Source of the DNA: Thermoanaerobaculia bacterium
GTDB taxonomy: Bacteria > Acidobacteriota > Thermoanaerobaculia > Multivoradales > JAHEKO01
Reading direction: 5' to 3'
Assembly (NCBI GenBank): GCA_963781065.1
Contig: CAWAET010000004.1
Coordinates: 139,093-203,092 of the forward strand
Length of the DNA stretch: 64,000 nucleotides
Program-made: the position numbers and the translations under genes
The notes under the pieces: model-generated
Databases searched by the model: none
Told to the model about the DNA's origin: nothing
What the model saw: the letters and a program-made list of their open reading frames with translations, nothing else
Shown: positions 1-9,900 of the stretch, in pieces
How the letters are laid out: each line of letters starts with the position of its first letter
How positions within the stretch are numbered: the first letter of the stretch is position 1

Positions 1-453
1 CTCGGGATGGACCTGGATGCGGCTGATGCGCTCGGAGTCGGCGAGCCCCATCAGCTGCCAGCTGTCGCCGCCGTCGGCGCTCCGGTAGAGGCCGGTGCCG
101 ATCGAGATGGAGTTGCGCGTCCAGCTCTCGCCGGTGCCCACCCAGACCGTCTGCGGGTCCCGCGGGTCGATGCGGATGGCGCCGATCGACTGGCTGTGCT
201 CGTCGAAGACCGGCTTCCAGGTCAGTCCGGCGTCGCTGGACTTCCAGACGCCGCCGCTGGCGGCGCCGGCGTAGATCACCAGCGGGTCGCCGGCCGCCGC
301 GTCGATGGCGGCGATCCGGCCGCTCATCACCGCCGGCCCGATCGACCGCGCGCGCAGGGCGCCGAAGGTGTTGGAGTCGATCTCGACCGCGGCCGTCGCT
401 GGCAGCGCGGCACCGAAGAGGAGTGCCAGAAGGATGGACCGTTTCGTCTGCAT
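1..453 (-). CDS. BNR/Asp-box repeat beta-propeller protein (sortilin/VPS10- or Ycf48-like), N-terminal part; gene runs off the window start
   Basis: Not in the ORF track because it is edge-truncated. My reverse-complement translation from ATG 453..451 gives MQTKRSILLALLFGAALPATAAVEIDS... (signal peptide) and two Asp-box motifs, SGGVWKSSDAGLTW and YRSADGGDSW. Confidence 0.75.
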   Translation of the reverse strand, partial: MQTKRSILLALLFGAALPATAAVEIDSNTFGALRARSIGPAVMSGRIAAIDAAAGDPLVIYAGAASGGVWKSSDAGLTWKPVFDEHSQSIGAIRIDPRDPQTVWVGTGESWTRNSISIGTGLYRSADGGDSWQLMGLADSERISRIQVHPE

Positions 454-586
454 CGCCTGTCTCCTGAGCATGGGCCACGGCTGCCCGCAGGGTGGCAGGC
501 GGCTCGCGGCCACCGGTTACGCGGCGGCCCTCGAGTCTCAAAGAGCACGGGCGGGCCGCCGACCCGCCCGTGCCCGGAACCGGCGG

Positions 587-1597
587 CTAGCCGCCGGCCG
601 CCGACTCCTCGGCCGGGGCCTCCTTCTTGGCGGGCATGGCGAAGAAACCCTCCTCGATGTCGCCCGGGTTGATCGCCACGCTCTCGATGGTGATCGTCTG
701 GCCGACGGGGGCGCCCTTGGCCTTGCTCTCGATCGAGTAGGGCAGCACCAGCGTGGCGCCATCGCAGGGAGTCTCCGCGTCCACCACTGCCGAGGTCGCG
801 AGACAGACCTGCTCGTAGCCGCCGATGGCGGTCTCGATATCCATCTCCTGGCCCTGGACCTTGGTCTTGCCCTCCTGCTTGATGGCCACGAAAGACTTGC
901 TGTCGAGATAGTGGTAGCGGACTTCGCCGTTCTTCTTCGTCAGCTTGAGCTTGTAGACCTTGGTGCCCTCCATCTCCTCGGCGCCGATCAGCTCCAACTG
1001 GGTGCCCTTGGCCTCCCAGTCGAACAGCGGGCCCTCGATGTCGGCCTGCTCGACGAGCTGCTCGGCCTGGTCTTCGGGCATCGGCTGGGGCTCGGTCTGG
1101 CCCATGAACGGCATCAACATCCAGGCGGTCTCGCCGTCCGAGGCCTGGATGCCGGTCATGCCCTGAATGGTGAACTCGAGGCGGATCCGGTCGGGCCGCT
1201 CCATGGTCATGGTGAACGGCGCATCCATGCCCGGGCCCATGCTCATGGTGCCCGCGAAGCGCACCGACTCGATCGCCTTCCAGGTGTCAATTCCGCCGAG
1301 CGCCTCGTAGTGCGACGCCAGCACCTCGTCGAGGGTGAGGTCCGCGGCCATCATCTCGGGCTTGGCGGCCATCTCCTCGGCCTTCAACTCGGCGTCGCCC
1401 GCCATCTCCTCGGCCTTCTCGGCCATGGCCTTGGCGTCGTCGGCCACGTTCTCGGCCTTCTCGGCCATTCCCTTGGCGTCGTCGGCCATCTGCTTGGCTT
1501 TGTTGGCCTCCATCTCCTGCTGCGGCTCCTGGGCCGCTGCCGGCAGCAGGCCGCACAGCGCGATCATCACGAGCAAGGCGGTAGCTCTCTTCGTCAT
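587..1597 (-). CDS. secreted LolA-like / outer-membrane lipoprotein-sorting-fold protein with an acidic-Lys repeat linker
   Basis: 336-aa ORF with signal peptide MTKRATALLVMIALCGLLPAAAQ and a GGAGGG SD 8 nt upstream of the ATG. Normal amino-acid composition, unlike the overlapping Arg/Pro-rich ORFs. The fold assignment is by resemblance only. Confidence 0.8.
   Translation of the reverse strand: MTKRATALLVMIALCGLLPAAAQEPQQEMEANKAKQMADDAKGMAEKAENVADDAKAMAEKAEEMAGDAELKAEEMAAKPEMMAADLTLDEVLASHYEALGGIDTWKAIESVRFAGTMSMGPGMDAPFTMTMERPDRIRLEFTIQGMTGIQASDGETAWMLMPFMGQTEPQPMPEDQAEQLVEQADIEGPLFDWEAKGTQLELIGAEEMEGTKVYKLKLTKKNGEVRYHYLDSKSFVAIKQEGKTKVQGQEMDIETAIGGYEQVCLATSAVVDAETPCDGATLVLPYSIESKAKGAPVGQTITIESVAINPGDIEEGFFAMPAKKEAPAEESAAGG
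1412..1489. repeat. 42-nt-period in-frame tandem repeat (2 copies of a 36-nt core) inside the 587..1597 gene
   Basis: ggccttctcggccatggccttggcgtcgtcggccac (1412-1447) recurs as ggccttctcggccattcccttggcgtcgtcggccat (1454-1489). It encodes the repeated AEKAE..ADDAK(A/G)M segment. Confidence 0.7.
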
Positions 1598-1777
1598 CTC
1601 GGGTACCCTCCGTGGTTTCTTGGGGATTCGGCGCGCTGGCCGGTGAGACCGGGCGGCGGCCCTCGGGCGTTGATACGGGCGGGGCCGCCCGTTGTTGCGG
1701 CCCGATTATAGAGCAGCCAACGGGCTCGCAGTTCCCCGACCGGCTAGAATCGACAGCCGTCCCCGAGGAGGTGCCCG

Positions 1778-2470
1778 ATGAGCGCGACCCCAAGCCTTTT
1801 CCGCCCGGCCTTGTTCACTTTCCTGGGCGACCTCGAGCGCAACAACGACCGCGACTGGTTCGAGGCCAACCGGGCCCGCTACGAGAGCCACCTGCTGCAC
1901 CCGGCGCAGGAGTTCATCTCCGAGTTCGCGCCCCGGCTACGGCGCCTCAGCCGCCACTTCAACGCCGACCCGCGGCCGGGCAAGGGGACGCTGTTCCGGA
2001 TCTACCGTGACGTTCGCTTCGCGAAGGACAAGAGCCCGTACAAGACCTGGATCGGCATCCAGTTTCGCCACCGGTCGGCAAAGGACGCCCACGCGCCGGG
2101 CTTCTACCTCCACCTGCAGCCGGGCAACATCATGGCCGGCGCCGGCATCTGGCATCCCGACACCAAGACCACCAACCGGATCCGCGACGCCATCGTCGAG
2201 AACGCCCAGGGCTGGAAGACCGCCAGCCGCGGCAAGCGCTTCCGCCAGGAGTTCGAGCTCGGCGGCGACAGCCTCAAGCGGCCGCCCCGTGGCTACGACC
2301 CCGAGCACCCGCTGATCGACGACCTCAAGCGGAAGGACTTCTTCGGCCTCTCGACGCTCACCCAGAAGACCGCCACCTCGCCGGGTTTTCTCGACGAGTA
2401 CGAGCGCCTCTGCCGGGCCGGCTGGCCGCTGATGCGGTTCCTGTGTCGCGCGGTCGGCGTCGACTACTAG
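1778..2470 (+). CDS. DUF2461 (TIGR02453-type) family protein
   Basis: 230 aa with FLGDLERNNDRDWFEANRARYE...FRIYRDVRFAKDKSPYKT, typical of this family as I remember it. A GAGGAGG SD precedes the ATG. Confidence 0.85.
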   Translation: MSATPSLFRPALFTFLGDLERNNDRDWFEANRARYESHLLHPAQEFISEFAPRLRRLSRHFNADPRPGKGTLFRIYRDVRFAKDKSPYKTWIGIQFRHRSAKDAHAPGFYLHLQPGNIMAGAGIWHPDTKTTNRIRDAIVENAQGWKTASRGKRFRQEFELGGDSLKRPPRGYDPEHPLIDDLKRKDFFGLSTLTQKTATSPGFLDEYERLCRAGWPLMRFLCRAVGVDY

Positions 2471-2510
2471 GCGCCACCTTTCCGATCACCCCGTTTGGCC
2501 AGGAGGACGA

Positions 2511-3302
2511 ATGATGAATCCGAGGACCAGGAGCCTCACCGGCGGCCTCGCCCTGATGCTGCTCGCCCTGCCCCTCGCCGCCGGCGAGATGGGCGTCGCC
2601 GACGCCAGGAGCGCCGAGATCGCCGAGTCGGTGATGCAGAAGATGGGCGGCCACGATGCCTGGGAGTCGACCCGCTACCTCACCTGGAACTTCTTCGGCA
2701 GCCGGCGCCACCTGTGGGACAAGCACACCGGCGACCTCCGGGTTGAGGGGACCGATCGCGAAAGCGGCGACGCCTATCTGGTGCTGATGAACCTGAATGG
2801 CAAACAGGGCCGCGCCTGGGTCCAGGGCGAAGAGGTGACCGACCCGGAGGCGCTCGCGGCGCTCCTCGACCGTGGCGAGGCCGCCTGGATCAACGACTCC
2901 TACTGGGTGTTCATGCCCTACAAGCTGCGCGACCCCGGGGTCACCCTGAAGCACGTCGGCCGGGAGACGATGGTGGATGGCCGCGAAGCCGAGGTGCTCG
3001 AGCTGACCTTCGCGGAGGTCGGGCGTACGCCGGAGAACAGGTACCGGGTCTACGTCGCCGCGGACAGCGGGCTGGTCGAGCAGTGGGACTTCTACGCCCA
3101 GGCCGCCGACCAGGAGCCGCGCTTCCAGATCCCCTGGCACGACTGGCGGCGGCACGGCGGCATCCTGCTCTCGGCCGATCGCGGCGAGCGGGGCCACAGC
3201 GGCATCGGCGTCCTCGCCGAGGTGCCGGACAGAGCGTTCTCGAGCCCCGACCCGCTGGACTGGGACGCCCTCGTGCCGCCGGACGGAGAGCCCGGCCAGT
3301 GA
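2511..3302 (+). CDS. secreted hypothetical protein (LolA-like fold suspected)
   Basis: 263 aa with an AGGAGG SD, signal peptide LALMLLALPLAAG and balanced composition. The stop overlaps the next gene's start (GTGA). Confidence 0.8.
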   Translation: MMNPRTRSLTGGLALMLLALPLAAGEMGVADARSAEIAESVMQKMGGHDAWESTRYLTWNFFGSRRHLWDKHTGDLRVEGTDRESGDAYLVLMNLNGKQGRAWVQGEEVTDPEALAALLDRGEAAWINDSYWVFMPYKLRDPGVTLKHVGRETMVDGREAEVLELTFAEVGRTPENRYRVYVAADSGLVEQWDFYAQAADQEPRFQIPWHDWRRHGGILLSADRGERGHSGIGVLAEVPDRAFSSPDPLDWDALVPPDGEPGQ

Positions 3303-3703
3303 GATCCCTCCCTCGCCGCGGCTGGCTCGCCGTCGCCGCCGTCGCCGTCGCCACGGTCGCCGCATGCGGTGGCGGTGAGCCCGGAGCTGGTACCGGCGAC
3401 GCCACCGCCCGCACCTACCAGGTACGAGGCATCCTCGCGGCGCTGCCCGATCCGGCAACCGGCGCGGGGCAGCTGCGCATCCGCCACGAGGCGATCCCGG
3501 ACCTGGTCGGCATGAGCGGCGAGATCGAGGGCATGGCGGCGATGACGATGCCGTTCCCGGTGGCCGAGACGGTGGACCTGGTGGGCTTTGCCGCCGGTGA
3601 CGCGGTTCGGTTCGACCTGCGGGTCGACTGGGAGGCGCCGCGCCCGGTCGAGGTCACGGCGATCGAGAGGCTGCCGGCCGGGACGACACTGGCGCTCGAC
3701 TAG
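3299..3703 (+). CDS. CusF-like periplasmic Cu(I)/Ag(I)-binding lipoprotein
   Basis: GTG at 3299 overlaps the upstream stop (TGA 3300-3302). Lipobox VATVAAC|GGG. The pattern LRIRHEAIPDLVGMSG..GMAAMTMPFPV...GDAVRFDL matches the CusF pattern (HE.IP...M.AMTM.F.V...GD.V.F.L). The track ORF 3083..3703 is an N-terminal over-extension. Confidence 0.75.
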   Translation: MRSLPRRGWLAVAAVAVATVAACGGGEPGAGTGDATARTYQVRGILAALPDPATGAGQLRIRHEAIPDLVGMSGEIEGMAAMTMPFPVAETVDLVGFAAGDAVRFDLRVDWEAPRPVEVTAIERLPAGTTLALD

Positions 3704-3795
3704 CCTGCCCTTCTCGCCGATCGTCGTAGCGAAACGCCGCAGGTACATACGGTGTTCTAGTCGACGATTGGTTAGAAGGACAGGCTAGCCGCGCG

Positions 3796-3816
3796 GGGTC
3801 GCGAACGGCGCGACCC
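3796..3816. terminator. GC-rich hairpin between convergent genes (candidate bidirectional terminator)
   Basis: gggtcgcg-aacgg-cgcgaccc forms an 8-bp perfect stem and abuts the stop of the minus-strand gene. There is no U-tract. Confidence 0.35.
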
Positions 3817-4565
3817 TACTCGTCGTCGTCTTCGTCGTCGTCGTCGCCACCACCGCCGCCACCGGTCTCGAACTCGAACTCGGTGATGGTGCGGTTGCCG
3901 CTGCGCTCGATCGCCAGGACCTCGCCCTTGTAGACGGTGCCCGGGCGCATGAACTCCGGCGGTACCGTCACCCGGGTGCCGCGGCCGCGGGGAACGTCCA
4001 CCTCGAAAGTCTCGAGGCGCCCCTCGTCCTTCTCGACGATGACGATGTAGCCCGAGATCCTGCTGCCCGGCGGATCCGGCACCATCTCCCACTCGATGTA
4101 GGTGTCTCCGGGGTCGACGTCGTCCTGCTCCTCCATGGGGTAGAGGATCACCGGCGCGTCCGGCAGGGCGTGGGTCAGCAGGGCGCTGCCGCGGACGGGC
4201 TGGCCCTTGGTCGACGTGCCGCGGAACCGGTAGTAGCCCTTGGGAAAGCGCGCCAGCAGGTCCTCGAGCGGCTGGACCTCGAAAGACGGCTCGGCGCTCT
4301 CGAAGAAGCCCTCGGTGATGCCCTGCATGCCGACGCCGCCCTCGGCCAGGATGTTGAGGATCACGTTGCCGCGGGGATCCCTCACCTGCATGCTGTCCCA
4401 GCCGTCGCCGTCGAGAAAGATCTGGATTCCCGCGTCGCCGTCGGTGTCGTTGATCTCGAAGAAGATCTGCCTGGCACTCAGCGGGACCGCCTGCGCCGCC
4501 GGCGCCAGCAGCCCGACGAGCAGGACGGCCGCGGCCCCGGCCAGAAAAGCTCTGTTATGTCTCAT
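3816..4565 (-). CDS. secreted hypothetical protein with Gly6 + poly-acidic C-terminal tail
   Basis: ATG at 4565 has a GAGGAGAA SD 5 nt upstream; the track start at 4589 is less likely. Signal peptide MRHNRAFLAGAAAVLLVGLLAPAAQA. The C-terminus is ...ETGGGGGGDDDDEDDDE. Confidence 0.8.
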   Translation of the reverse strand: MRHNRAFLAGAAAVLLVGLLAPAAQAVPLSARQIFFEINDTDGDAGIQIFLDGDGWDSMQVRDPRGNVILNILAEGGVGMQGITEGFFESAEPSFEVQPLEDLLARFPKGYYRFRGTSTKGQPVRGSALLTHALPDAPVILYPMEEQDDVDPGDTYIEWEMVPDPPGSRISGYIVIVEKDEGRLETFEVDVPRGRGTRVTVPPEFMRPGTVYKGEVLAIERSGNRTITEFEFETGGGGGGDDDDEDDDE

Positions 4566-4755
4566 TCCGTTCTCCTCTGTTGGTCGCATGGCGGGTTCGG
4601 GCGTCGTCGGAAAGGCCCCGCGATCCCCTCCTGCCTGATGAGACGCAGCAGCGTGCGGTGTCCTTCGATCTTTCTCCCGATCGGGGCCGGCTCGGGCCCG
4701 AGGCTGCCGCTATACTCCGGCCTCGACCTACCAAGAGAACCGAGAGGACACGACC

Positions 4756-5115
4756 ATGAGCAAGAGACTCATACTGCTGTCGCTGGCCGCCCTTCTGCTG
4801 GTCGGCACCCTGGCCGTTGCCGGGGATGAGGGAACCTGGACCGGCGAGGTTGTCGACCTGGCCTGCTACGTCGGCTCCGGCGCCAAGGGTGCCGACCACG
4901 CCGGCTGCGCCAGGTCCTGCGTCAAGAACGGCCAGCCGATGGGCCTGCTGACCGACGACGGCACTCTGGTGCTGCTGGCGGCGAACCACAAAGACTCCGC
5001 GCCCTACGAGCAGCTCAAGGAGCTGGCCGGCGAGAAGGCCCATGTGACGGGCGAGCTGGCCGAGAAGGACGGCATGAAGGTCGTCACCGTCACCGGCGCC
5101 AAGGCCGCCGCCTGA
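4756..5115 (+). CDS. small secreted Cys-containing protein, function unknown
   Basis: 119 aa with signal peptide MSKRLILLSLAALLLVGTLAVAG, 4 Cys, and Lys/Glu-containing normal composition. Confidence 0.75.
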   Translation: MSKRLILLSLAALLLVGTLAVAGDEGTWTGEVVDLACYVGSGAKGADHAGCARSCVKNGQPMGLLTDDGTLVLLAANHKDSAPYEQLKELAGEKAHVTGELAEKDGMKVVTVTGAKAAA

Positions 5116-5173
5116 CGCTCCAGGCTGTCCTTCGCACCAACTCTCTACTGCGCCGAACAGGCTGGCCCTCCTC

Positions 5174-6013
5174 ATGAGCAAGGACAGCGGGCGGCCGGCA
5201 GCCCGCCCGCGTCCGCCCAACAGGTCGTTGCACATCCGTCTCGCCGCGGCCCTGGCCGTCCTGCTGATCCTGGCCCTGGCGGCCCTGCCGCTGACCCGGT
5301 GGGTCCTCGGCCGCCGCGAGTCGAACCCGATCCTGCGCGGCCGGCTGCTGGCCGAGAGCCAGGGCTGCGTCACCTGCCACCGGCCCTGGTCGACGCGCGA
5401 GATTCCCAACCCCGGCAGCCGCTGGGGCAGCGTCCCGCGGCTGGCCCGCGGCAACGCCCGCATGTACGCCGAAGACCGGGCCGAGATCGAGCAGTTCATC
5501 CGCCACGGCGCGCCCCGCGCCTGGCTCGACGACCCCGTGGCGATGGCCCGGCTCGAGGGCCAGCAGGTCCGAATGCCGGCCTACGAAGGAAGGCTGTCCG
5601 AGGCCGAGATCGCCGATCTGGTCGCCTTCACCAGCGCCGTCGAGCGGGTCGAGCTGCCGGGCGGCGAGAGCGCCGCGAAGGGCCGTGAGGCGGCCGGCAA
5701 GCACGGCTGCCTGGTCTGCCACGGCGTCGAGGGCTCGGGCGGCCTGCCCAACCCGGGCTCGCTGGGCGGCTTCGTCCCCGGCTTCCTGGGCGGCAACTTC
5801 GCCCACATGGTGCAGGACGAGACGGAGTTTCGCGAGTGGGTGGTCGACGGCACGAGCAGCCGGCTGGAAAGGAATCCGCTGGCGCGCTTCTTTCTCCGCC
5901 GGCAGCGGATCGCGATGCCGGCGTACGGCGAGTCGGTGAGCGACGAGGAGATCGCGGCGATCCGGGCCTGGATCGGCGAGATGCGTGGCGGGGCGGGGCT
6001 GGCGGGGCGATAG
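5174..6013 (+). CDS. membrane-anchored diheme c-type cytochrome
   Basis: Two CxxCH motifs (GCVTCH, GCLVCH) and an N-terminal TM helix LAAALAVLLILALAALPL. Confidence 0.85.
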   Translation: MSKDSGRPAARPRPPNRSLHIRLAAALAVLLILALAALPLTRWVLGRRESNPILRGRLLAESQGCVTCHRPWSTREIPNPGSRWGSVPRLARGNARMYAEDRAEIEQFIRHGAPRAWLDDPVAMARLEGQQVRMPAYEGRLSEAEIADLVAFTSAVERVELPGGESAAKGREAAGKHGCLVCHGVEGSGGLPNPGSLGGFVPGFLGGNFAHMVQDETEFREWVVDGTSSRLERNPLARFFLRRQRIAMPAYGESVSDEEIAAIRAWIGEMRGGAGLAGR

Positions 6014-6574
6014 GGGCCGGGGCCGGGGCCGCTACGAGCCGCTGAGGTGTCGCCTCGTTCCGCTATCGCGCGTGGTGGTTTGGGCGATGAGCCCCAGCCG
6101 TCGCTCGAGGAGGGGAACGCGGCCGTGCCGTGCCGTTCGGCGCTCTTTTATGCTGCACGAGGCAACACCTCAGCGGCTCTTCGCTCCGGTGGTGGCCCAC
6201 GCAACCGGCAGGGGCGCCTGATCGCGGGCCGGTACTGCCCGCGTGGATCGTGACGCGGCCCGCGCGTATCGGTGGGAGGCGGCCCCAAACCGCGAGGGGG
6301 CGTAGGGAGGAAGAGGGGAAGTGCGTGTTGCTGAGAGCCGGAGAGGTGGCAGTACCGACGGCCTGGGCTGCGGCGCTGCCTTCCGGGCGGGCGGATGGCC
6401 ACGCTCAGGCCCAGTCAGCGTCTTGGCCGGGGCGAGCCCGGCCGGTTCTCGGGATTGGCGGCCGTCGCTGTAGGTCGGAGGCGATCGAAGCACGGCGACC
6501 TGGTCGGCTAACCCCGGAGGTCGGCGGCCACCGAAGCTCAAGCGGTCCGGCTCGCCACGCCGGAGGTCGGCGGC

Positions 6575-6736
6575 GGAGCCGAGAGGTGGGGGGTCTCAGG
6601 TAGCTCACGAGCAGCGCTACAGCACGAGCGACCGGAGGCCGCCACCGGTCCGGCGCGTCGCGAGTGCGCAGGCGAGGCGACGTTGATAGTCCGACTGAGC
6701 CGAGCCGGTACCTGGGACCCCCCACCTCTCGGCTCC
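6575..6736. repeat. 162-bp hairpin / MITE-like element with 21-bp perfect terminal inverted repeats (element E1)
   Basis: GGAGCCGAGAGGTGGGGGGTC (6575-6595) is the exact reverse complement of GACCCCCCACCTCTCGGCTCC (6716-6736). The stem extends 7 more bp after one mismatch. The reverse complement of the interior shares sequence blocks with element E3 at 27836-27990. Confidence 0.8.
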
Positions 6737-6930
6737 ATAGCCGACCGGCCCCAACACGCAGCCTCTCAGGCTACGCCTCCATCGCCGACCGGCCGCGTGC
6801 CGCGATGGAGCCGGCGCGCGGCCGATTTGGCACTCGGGCCCAGCCGCCGCCACCGGTAAGCTCCCGGGGACGGCCGTTGCAGCGGGCGTGGGCGCTGGCG
6901 CGACTCTTGAAGCAAGGTCGTCCAACGGCA

Positions 6931-6936
6931 AGGAGG
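6931..6936 (+). promoter_or_regulatory. Shine-Dalgarno (AGGAGG) of the alpha-2-macroglobulin gene
   Basis: AGGAGG lies 6 nt upstream of ATG 6943. Confidence 0.7.
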
Positions 6937-6942
6937 AGAGCG

Positions 6943-9900
6943 ATGGCAGAGACGGGCGGCGGGCGGACTCACAACGAGGGGGCCGGCGGCTATCGCTGGC
7001 AGTGGCGCGACGCGGTGATCGCCGCCCTGGCCCTGGGCCTGGCGGGGAGCCTGTGGTGGGCGTTCGGCGGCCGGGTCGAGCCGGCGCGGGACGAGGCGGC
7101 GGGCGCCGAGCAGGTCGGTCTCTTCGAGGTAGTGATCGACCGCGAGGGCCGGCAGTGGCTCGAACTGGTGTTCGACCGGCCGGTGCTCGCGGAGGGCGGC
7201 GAGGTGGGGGTCGGCGACGTCCTCGGTCAGCCGCCGGCGACCGTCGATCCGCCGCTCGGCGGCTCCTGGCGCTGGCGCGAGCGCAACGTGCTGCGCTTCG
7301 AGCCCAGTGGCGGCTTCGCGCCCGCCACCGCCTACGCCGTCGACCTGATCCCCGAGCGCTTCCTCGCCGCCGGGCAGAGCTTCGCCGGCGACACCGAGGT
7401 GGCGGTGAGGATCGACCAGTTCCTGGTCGAGGGGGTGGAGGTCTGGGAGGAGCCCGAGAGCGAAGGCGGCGCCGTGGTCCTGCGCGGCAACATCCGCTTC
7501 AACTACAACGTCGAGCCCGAGACGCTCGCCGGGCTCATCCGGCTCGAGGATCCGCGCACCGAGCAAGACCCGGAGATTCAGCTCGAGGCCGGTTGGCGCA
7601 ACCGTTCGATCCCCTTCCGCAGCACCCCGGTCGCCAAGGAGAAGCAGCCGCGCCAGGTCGTCCTGACGATCGACGCGGCGCTGACCCCGGCCGAGGGCAA
7701 CGTGCCGCTGGGCGAGACCTACGCGCAGCCGGTGCCGATCGGCTCGATCGAGGTGCTGGAGGTGCGCCAGCTGACCGCCACGCCGGGCCTCGGCACTTCG
7801 ACCCTGCGGCTGGTGCTTTCCTCCACCGTGGCCGCCGATCTCGCCGCCCCCTACCTGCACGTCGAGCCCGAGACCGCCTACCGGCTCTCCACGCTGCGCA
7901 ACTCGCTGGTCCTGACCGGCGCCTTCGAGCCCGGCGCCACCTACCGCGTGCGGCTCGACAAGGGGCTGCCGGCCGGCGACGGCGCCACCTTGCGCCAGGC
8001 CTACGACGCCCGGGTCCGGCTCGACAACCTGGCGCCGTCGGTGGCCTTCCAGAGCCAGGGGCTGTTCCTCTCCCGCGGCGGCCTGCGCAACCTGGCTCTC
8101 GAGACGGTCAACGTCGACCGGCTGAGCCTGGCGGTCGACCGGGTCTACCGCAACAACCTGTTCCTGCTCTTCCAGGGCCGCGGCGACTTCGACCAGGAGG
8201 AGGTCTACCCCGGCGGCGTCTGGCGGCCGCTGGGCGACCGGCTGTACGAGGAGACCGTCGCCGTCGCCGGCCAGCGCAACCGCAAGGCGACCACCGTGCT
8301 GTCGCTCGACGACTACGTCGACGCCGACGAGCCCGGCCTCTACCGCGTCCTGGCCGGCCGGCCCGATCACTGGCAGGCGCCGCAGCGCTGGGTGCTGGTC
8401 ACCGACCTCGGGGCGGTGGCCAAGCGGGGCGACGGCGAGTTTCTGGTCTGGGCGCTGTCGCACCGCACCCTGGCGCCGGTGGCCGGCGCCGAGGTGGAGC
8501 TGATCTCGGACCAGAACCAGGTGATCGCCCGCGGCACCACCGATGGCGAGGGGCTGTGGCGCTTTCGCGATGCCACCGCCCTGGCCGAGCACGAGCCGTT
8601 TCTGCTCACCCTGGCGCGGGGCGACGACTTCAGCTTCCTCTACCTCGACCGGATGCGGGTCGACACCACCGGCCTCGACGTGGGCGGCGCGGCGCGACCG
8701 GTCGACGGCTACAGCGCCTTCCTCTACGGCGAGCGCGATCTCTACCGCCCCGGCGAGACGGTGCGCGGCGTCGCCCTGGTGCGCGACGCCGGGCTGCGGC
8801 CGGCGCCGGCGATGCCGGCCCTGCTGCGCCACCGCGACTCGCGCGGCCGCGAGATCCAGGCCCGCCGCATCGAGCTCGACGGACGGGGGCTGGCCGAGTT
8901 CGAGTGGCCGATGCCGGCCTACGCCATGACCGGCCGGCAGAGCCTCGAGCTCGAGATCGCCGAAGTGGTGGTGGGCCGCTACGCCTTCCAGCTCGAGGAG
9001 TTCGTGCCCGACCGGATCAAGGTCGAGATCCGGCCCGGCGACGCCACGGCGGGACCCGGCCGGCCGCTGAGTTGGGACGTCGCCGGCGCCTACCTGTTCG
9101 GACCGCCGGCCGCCGGCCTGGCGGCGGAGACCCGGGTGCGGCTGGTCGACGACACCTTCTCCTCCGAGCGGTACCCGCGGTTCTCGTTCCGCAACGACGA
9201 GCACTCCTTCAGCGACCGCGAGGTCTTCAGCCAAGACGCCCGGCTCGACGGCGAGGGCCGGGCCGCTTTCGAGGTCGAGCTGCCGGCCGAGCGGCGGTTG
9301 CCCTCCTCGCTGGCGGCGGTGATCACCGCCCGCGTCCAGGAGCAGGGCGGGCGCGGCGTCACCGCCAGGACGCGCGTCGGCCTCGACCCCTATCCCTATC
9401 ATGTCGGCCTGCGCCGGCCGGCGAGCGGTTACCCCGACATCGGCCAGGAGGTCTCGTTCGACTGGGTGGCGGTAGCGCCCGACGGCTCCGACCACCCCAG
9501 CGGCGCGCTCGAGGCCGAGCTGATCCTCGACCGCTGGCAGACGGTGCTGCGTCGCACGCCGGCGGGCGGCTTTCGCTACCAGTCGACCCGCGAATCGGTG
9601 ACCGTGGAGCGGCGCAAGATCGGGGCCGGCGATGCCACCGGCACCGTCGCTTTCAGGCCGCAGCAGTATGGCAGCCACCGCGTGGTGCTCACCGACCCGG
9701 CCACCGGCGCCTCGGCGTCGGTCCAGTTCTACACCGGCGGCTGGGGCTACTCGCCCTGGGCCGTGGAGAACCCAGATCGGCTCGAGCTGGAGCTGGATCG
9801 CGACGAGTACCGGGCGGGCGAGACCGCCACCGTCCAGGTGCGGGCGCCCTTCCCGGGACGGCTGCTGCTGACCGTCGAGCAGGAGGAGATACTGGAGGTC

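Noticed and set aside
587-3302. The idea that the three secreted proteins (587..1597, 2511..3302, 16827..17615) form a paralogous LolA-like family, based on a shared GG(I/H/M)D(T/A)W motif near the mature N-terminus.
   Set aside because: The similarity I can see by eye is limited to that short motif and comparable length. Without profile or structure comparison it is not enough to claim paralogy or a function.
4700-4755. A sigma70-like -10 box (TATACT at ~4711) upstream of the 4756 gene.
   Set aside because: No acceptable -35 hexamer lies at 16-18 bp spacing, and promoter consensus for this lineage is unknown. It is too weak to annotate.
6013-6030. (GGGGCC)3 hexanucleotide repeat immediately after the cytochrome c stop, with G-quadruplex potential.
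   Set aside because: Three copies in a ~75% GC genome are not remarkable, and there is no supporting context. It is mentioned only as part of the long leader region.
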